In this document: positions 59,701 to 64,000 of the stretch, piece after piece
How positions within the stretch are numbered: the stretch's first letter is position 1
Layout: each line of letters opens with the position of its first letter
Assembly: GCA_965203095.1 (NCBI GenBank)
Contig: OZ241877.1
Coordinates: 480,001 to 544,000, forward strand
DNA length: 64,000 nt
Direction: 5' to 3'
Source: Bdellovibrionales bacterium
GTDB lineage: Bacteria; Bdellovibrionota; Bdellovibrionia; Bdellovibrionales; UBA1609
Made by a program: the position numbers and the translations under genes
Notes under the pieces: model-generated
What the model was told of the DNA's origin: nothing
Seen by the model: only the letters and a program-made list of their open reading frames with translations
Database searches by the model: none

Positions 59701-59986
59701 TCAACAGGATTTGAGGCAATTTACGGAAGAACAAGAAGTTTATTTTAAAAAAATCCTACTGAGGATTGAAGAGGGGGCTTTGCCCAAGAAGACTGTGAAA
59801 AAAACTCTTAAGGTTATTACAAAAGAGATAAAAGCCTCTTCCGGCCAGCCAGAGCCTTTAAAAATACTGGTTCTTTTACAAAAAAATATCTCTGATGAAT
59901 TGTTGAAAGGGCATATTTCAGAAAGCTCCACTGCCACGGATGACCCTCGCGAAGTGATTCTATCAGAATATTTAATTGGAGAATAA
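56708..59986 (+). CDS. PLD-nuclease / SNF2-type helicase fusion
   Basis: LHAKLYI...GSSNFT...NLEFN (PLD-like); DVVGLGKT, DEAH, TATP, SEGVNL, QRVGRVNR. Confidence 0.9.
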   Translation: MKKHSDLTFITNEKDQNLLDRFRVLIRDTEFFDVLVGYFYSSGFQAIYKSLEKTQKIRILIGIHTDKKIVDLIQHAEEQLSHAVAKEQFSKKLIQEMEHSSDTKEVYEGVMKFIKWLRSGKLEIRAYPSRNLHAKLYIMSFTKGDRDRGRVITGSSNFTKAGLTDNLEFNVELKNFSDHDFALQKFNELWQDAVDIQETYLKTIQKKTWFNDKISPYELYLKFLYEHFKEDLKSTDEASFPYLPQNFKQLEYQTQAVRNAKRILEEYGGVFLSDVVGLGKTYMSAMLAKQLDGLSIVLAPPSLLDKSNPGSWRNVFLDFHVPAEFESLGKLDKVISSETDKYKNVFIDEAHRFRNETNITYENLAKICRGKKVILVTATPLNNKPKDILSQIKLFQPGKKSTIPNVSNLELFFKQLEEKTKKLNKKENYAKYVKATKENAKKIRESVLKYLMVRRTRTEIEKYFAGDLKNQKIKFPEVKNPEPLYYQFNKHESEVFYKTIKLIGKQLKYARYMPLTYYKGEKQLDLIIQSQKNLGGFMKTLLVKRLESSFYAFRNSIRRFIQSYQLFLKEFEAGNVYISKDYSKKIFELLNSDNEEAVQKLIDEDKAKKYSSKDFNEQLKKDLKSDLKILQEIKSLWQEVKRDPKLLAFIEALSKPPALVRKNKNVIVRKPLEVCLKTAQNLNKFSALKNKNNKLIVFTESKETAEYLEEKLNKKFPNEVLVFTGSSATSIRESIIQNFDPRAFLPKNDYRILIATDVLSEGVNLHRSNAVVNYDIPWNPTRLMQRVGRVNRVDTPFSEIHTFNFFPTEQSNDIIKLEETAKAKIEAFINLLGADARLLTEEEAPESHELFGRLSSKKTITGEDEEEESELKYLKIIEDIRNKDPDLFNKIKQLPKKARTAKKSKTKISGLLTYFRKGKLNKFCIAGEESKELDFMSSAKLLESKKTTPIENLPEDFFSLLEKNKKKFSSLTSEENDSLPSQSGRDMDSKLLQTLRIIQQDLRQFTEEQEVYFKKILLRIEEGALPKKTVKKTLKVITKEIKASSGQPEPLKILVLLQKNISDELLKGHISESSTATDDPREVILSEYLIGE

Positions 59987-60007
59987 AACAACAAAAAGGA
60001 GGATAAT

Positions 60008-60502
60008 ATGAAAAAAGAAATTCTTATCTACCAATCAAAAAGCGGAAAGATTGAGTTCCGGGGTGAACTCAAAAAAGACACCATCTGGGGAACACAAAAA
60101 CAAATTGCTCAGCTTTTTGGAACTAAAAGACCTGCTATTACAAAGCATTTGAAAAATATTTTTAACAGCCAGGAACTGAGAGAAAAATCAGTTAGTTCCA
60201 TTTTGGAACATACTGCTGAAGACGGTAAAGTATACCGGACAAAATACTATAACTTAGATGCTATACTATCTGTTGGTTATCGTGTCAATTCCAAACAAGC
60301 CACACAATTTCGTATATGGGCTACAAAAACTTTAAAGCATCATCTTTTGGAAGGATACACGATAAACAAAAAACAGTTGGTTAAAAATTACCAGAAGTTT
60401 CAAAAAACACTTAAAAGCATAAAAGCCCTTTTACCAGTAGATAAATCTCTTCCAGCAGGAGAAGCTTTAGAACTTGTAAGTGCCTTTGCCAATACTTGGT
60501 GA
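60008..60502 (+). pseudogene. RhuM-family protein, probably truncated RhuM-Fic
   Basis: TQKQIAQLF, YNLDAILSVGYRVNSKQATQFRIWAT; ends abruptly at FANTW. Confidence 0.65.
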
Positions 60503-60508
60503 TAAAAA

Positions 60509-63500
60509 ATGAGAGAAGAGCAAGCGAGAAGATTAGTTAAAGACAGTTTTGAAAAGCCTTTTGATAGAGGGAAATTTTGTCTTTTAGTTAAAAATCTTCT
60601 AAATAACATGGATGAGACAAAACCCTTTCCCCGTCCTCTGGGAGGCTCTCTTATTTCTAAAGGTTTTCGGGATCATATCAAAACTTTAGATCGGGTCGGG
60701 CAATATAAAGATACGGACGGGAAAATTATTGACATTCTTATTGTTTGCTTAAAAAAAGAGACTTCTTTAGATCGAGCCAGAGCAAAACAGAGAAATTACA
60801 TTGCAAAATATCTTAAAGAGGATCGTAGAGGGCAATTTAAAGACGGTGCTCTTGTTGCTTTTATTTCCCCTGGTGAGGAGGATTGGCGGTTTTCCTTTAT
60901 AAAAATAGATTACAAGTTTGATGAAAAGGGAAAGATAAAGGATGAGCTGACTCCTGCTCGCCGTTACTCCTTTCTTGTGGGAAAAAACGAAGCCAGCCAC
61001 ACGGCCCAAAGCTCTCTTATTTCGCTATTGCAAAAAGATGACAAAAATCCCTCCATTAAGGATTTAGAACAAGCTTTTTCCGTTGAAAGAGTGACAAAGG
61101 AGTTTTTTGAAAAATACCGAGAGCTTTTTCATAAACTAAAAGAGTCTTTAGATAAAATCATCAATGAAGACAAAAAAATAAAAAAGGATTTTTCGAGCAA
61201 GGGAATCTATTCTGCTGATTTTGCTAAAAAACTTTTAGGTCAAATTGTGTTTTTGTATTTTCTTCAGAAAAAAGGATGGTTTGGTGTGGAGAGAGGGAAG
61301 GATTGGGGAACCGGCTCAAAACATTTTTTGCGAGAACTTTTTAATAAACATTCTCAAAAACCAGTCATTCCCGCCTTGAGCGGGAATCCAGAAACCAAAC
61401 AATTCTTTAACAACATACTGGAACCTCTTTTTTATGAGGCTTTAGGCCTGAGGCATGAAAAAGATTATTACAGCCGGTTTGATTGCCGGATTCCTTTTTT
61501 AAATGGAGGTTTGTTTGAGCCTCTTAAAGCTTATGATTGGGTAAATACTGATATTTTACTCCCGGACAGTCTTTTTTCCAACAAAAACAAAACCAAAGAG
61601 GGCGATATTGGGGACGGCATATTGGACATTTTTGACCGTTACAATTTTACAGTCAATGAAGATGAGCCTTTAGAAAAAGAAGTCGCCATTGATCCGGAAA
61701 TGTTAGGCAAAGTGTTTGAGAATCTTTTAGAAGTGAGGGACCGTAAATCCAAAGGAACATACTACACTCCGCGAGAGATTGTTCATTACATGTGCCAAGA
61801 GAGTTTAATCAATTATCTCTTTTTTGCCCTGTCCCAGCAAGTTCCTGTCCCTGCTCTCCAACCCTCCTCTCCTTCTCACTCCGTCTTTCCTACAAAGCCC
61901 GCCGTTCCCAAAAAGCTCGTCGTTCCCGCGAAAGCGGGAACCCATACCCACTCTGTTCTTTCCAAAAACCCCGTCGTTCCCATGCAAACAGGAATACAAA
62001 GATCCGACATCGAAATTTTCATAAAGATCAGCGACTCCTCTCTTGAGCATGATACTGTTTACCAGGAGAAACAACTGGAAAAAGCACTAAAGGGAAAAAC
62101 AAAAACTACAAGTCGTTATGACAAATCCAAATTGCCAAAAGCGATTATTGAAAATGCTTTTTTAATAGATAGAGCATTGGCTGATATAAGAATATGCGAT
62201 CCGGCAGTGGGTTCCGGTGCTTTTCCTGTGGGGATGATGAATGAAGTTGTCCGTGCCCGCAATGTCCTCACCCCCTTTATAAAATCTCCCGCGAAAGCAG
62301 GAATCCATACCCTCCCTGACAAGGGGGGCCAGGGGGGTTTAAGAAGCCCTTACCACTTCAAACGGCATGCGATTGAACACTCCTTATATGGTGTGGATAT
62401 TGATCCCAGTGCCATAGAGATTGCCAAACTCCGCCTCTGGCTTTCCCTTGTGGTTGATGAGGAAGATCGAGATAAAATTCAACCACTGCCTAACTTAGAT
62501 TATAAAATGCTTTGTGGCCATTCCCTCTTAGGAATAGAAGAGATAGAAAAAGATCTGTTTAATATGAAACAATTTAATGAGTTAGAAAAACTAAAACTAC
62601 TTTATTTTAATGAAACTTCTGCCAGAAAAAAACAAAAGTTCAAACAGGAAATTGAGCAGTTTATAGATAAAATCACTGACGGTAAAAAAATATTTGACTT
62701 TGAAATTTACTTTTCTGAAGTTTTTCAAGAAAAACAAGGCTTTGATATAGTTATCGCCAACCCCCCTTATGTTAAGGAGGGAGTTAATAAATCCGCCTTT
62801 GATGGTTTAAGAAAATCCCTTTATTATCAAGGAAAAATGGATCTCTGGTATTTATTTGCCTGCAAGAGCATTGATATATCCCGGCCAGGTTCAGGAGTTA
62901 TTGCTTTTATTGCTCAAAATAATTGGGTCACCAGTCATGGGGCTAAAAAAATGCGAAACAAAGTGATAAAAGATTCTCAAATCTTAAGCTTGCTTGATTT
63001 TGGAGATTTTAAAGTATTTTCAGCTGGGATACAAACAATGGTAATGCTTTTCCAGAAAAATAATTTTATGGAAGAATACAGTTTTGACTACAGAAGGCTC
63101 AGTGGGAAAAATCTTAAAACCAAAGATATGATTTCTCTCCTTAATAAAGAGCAAAATCAAAATGCAGAATATTTATCCTCTAAAATTCAAAGAGAAAAAT
63201 TGAAAAATAAAAATTTAAATTTCAGCAATTCTAAAGTTGAAAGTATCCTCAATAAAATGCTGTCTCAGGTTGGTTTTCAATTAAAAGATAAAGAGGTAGG
63301 AAAAGCTATAGAATATAATATCGATACTCTAAAGAAAAAACACATGGCCAGTCTTTATTTAACAGATCGAGAAGTAGCTCAGGGTGCTGTTTTTCCTCAA
63401 GATTTTGTTAATAAAAAAAGCAAAGCAAAATTAAAAAAAGCTCAATTTAAAGTGGGTGATGGTGTATTTGTTCTCAGCGATAAAGAAAAAAATAACATCC

Positions 63501-64000
63501 CTCTCACAAAAAAAGAATTGAGCTTGATAAAGCCTTACTATACCACAAAAGAATTGTTTCGCTGGTTTGGAGATCCTAAAAATAAACAATGGGTAATATA
63601 CACAGATTCCAGTTTTAAAGATAAAAGCAAAATGAAAGAATATCCCAATATAAAAAAACATTTGGATCAGTTTAAAAAAATTATTACTTCCGACAACAAA
63701 CCTTATGGCCTTCACAGATCCAGAAGAGAATCTTTTTTTAAGGGTGAGAAAATAATAGCTGTTAGAAAATGCACTATCCCCACCTTTTCTTATATTGATT
63801 TTGACAGCTATGTTTCTGCAACATTTTATGTTATACAAAGTTCCCGGCTCAACTTAAAATATTTGACTGCCCTTTTTAATTCCAAACTAATAGCCTTTTG
63901 GCTCCGCCACAAAGGCAAAATGCAAGGGAACAACTATCAAATAGATAAAGAACCTATTATGTCCATTCCTTTAATGAATCCTCCTGCAACAGTTCAAAAA
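60509..64000 (+). CDS. Eco57I/Type IIG-like N6-adenine methyltransferase (RM enzyme); runs off the window and is absent from the ORF track
   Basis: ATG at 60509; manual translation gives IPFLNGGLF, DPEMLGKVFENLL, GTYYTPREIV, DPAVGSGAF, GVDID, IANPPY and a TaqI-C-like TRD; no stop seen. Confidence 0.9.
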   Translation, partial: MREEQARRLVKDSFEKPFDRGKFCLLVKNLLNNMDETKPFPRPLGGSLISKGFRDHIKTLDRVGQYKDTDGKIIDILIVCLKKETSLDRARAKQRNYIAKYLKEDRRGQFKDGALVAFISPGEEDWRFSFIKIDYKFDEKGKIKDELTPARRYSFLVGKNEASHTAQSSLISLLQKDDKNPSIKDLEQAFSVERVTKEFFEKYRELFHKLKESLDKIINEDKKIKKDFSSKGIYSADFAKKLLGQIVFLYFLQKKGWFGVERGKDWGTGSKHFLRELFNKHSQKPVIPALSGNPETKQFFNNILEPLFYEALGLRHEKDYYSRFDCRIPFLNGGLFEPLKAYDWVNTDILLPDSLFSNKNKTKEGDIGDGILDIFDRYNFTVNEDEPLEKEVAIDPEMLGKVFENLLEVRDRKSKGTYYTPREIVHYMCQESLINYLFFALSQQVPVPALQPSSPSHSVFPTKPAVPKKLVVPAKAGTHTHSVLSKNPVVPMQTGIQRSDIEIFIKISDSSLEHDTVYQEKQLEKALKGKTKTTSRYDKSKLPKAIIENAFLIDRALADIRICDPAVGSGAFPVGMMNEVVRARNVLTPFIKSPAKAGIHTLPDKGGQGGLRSPYHFKRHAIEHSLYGVDIDPSAIEIAKLRLWLSLVVDEEDRDKIQPLPNLDYKMLCGHSLLGIEEIEKDLFNMKQFNELEKLKLLYFNETSARKKQKFKQEIEQFIDKITDGKKIFDFEIYFSEVFQEKQGFDIVIANPPYVKEGVNKSAFDGLRKSLYYQGKMDLWYLFACKSIDISRPGSGVIAFIAQNNWVTSHGAKKMRNKVIKDSQILSLLDFGDFKVFSAGIQTMVMLFQKNNFMEEYSFDYRRLSGKNLKTKDMISLLNKEQNQNAEYLSSKIQREKLKNKNLNFSNSKVESILNKMLSQVGFQLKDKEVGKAIEYNIDTLKKKHMASLYLTDREVAQGAVFPQDFVNKKSKAKLKKAQFKVGDGVFVLSDKEKNNIPLTKKELSLIKPYYTTKELFRWFGDPKNKQWVIYTDSSFKDKSKMKEYPNIKKHLDQFKKIITSDNKPYGLHRSRRESFFKGEKIIAVRKCTIPTFSYIDFDSYVSATFYVIQSSRLNLKYLTALFNSKLIAFWLRHKGKMQGNNYQIDKEPIMSIPLMNPPATVQK
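61364..62340 (+). repeat. Family C REP-like palindromes inserted in frame in the IIG gene
   Basis: 61364-61389, 61880-61997 and 62287-62340; encode VIPALSGNP, VVPAKAGT, VVPMQTGI and PAKAGI. Confidence 0.8.

Noticed and set aside
60767..63838. Short ORFs listed at 60767, 61792, 61805, 61824, 62116 and 63431
   Set aside because: Shadow frames of the long methyltransferase ORF starting at 60509; several are repeat-derived.

Overview
Bacterial chromosomal window, AT-rich. Gene content (spoVG, DUF1844, mevalonate pathway, twitch-type radical SAM, many secreted Cys-rich hypotheticals) suggests a Bdellovibrionota/Oligoflexia-like organism (inference). A housekeeping backbone (thyA, mutY, rpsT, htrA, spoVG, tRNA-Gln, mevalonate genes, glpX, prs-rplY-pth-ychF, tilS, a Xer-type recombinase, ssb, sufS/nfuA) is interrupted by accessory blocks. 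(1) An AT-rich defence islet after tRNA-Gln holds an IS1634 remnant, a nuclease-SF2 helicase fusion paired with an M.RsrI-like methyltransferase, and a deletion-fused SIR2-HerA relic. (2) Next to the tyrosine recombinase lies a tandem array of five ~320-aa secreted Sel1/TPR-like paralogs. They are segmental mosaics of each other, each has its own promoter, and six copies of an imperfect palindrome delimit them. (3) A defence cluster at 49.6-64 kb contains a Type III RM system with two embedded genes, a PLD-SNF2 helicase, a truncated RhuM, and a large Eco57I/IIG-like methyltransferase ORF missing from the ORF track that carries in-frame REP-like insertions. Three families of short dispersed palindromic/MITE-like repeats are present. 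No CRISPR array, rRNA or reverse transcriptase was seen. All family assignments are by eye; no searches were run.
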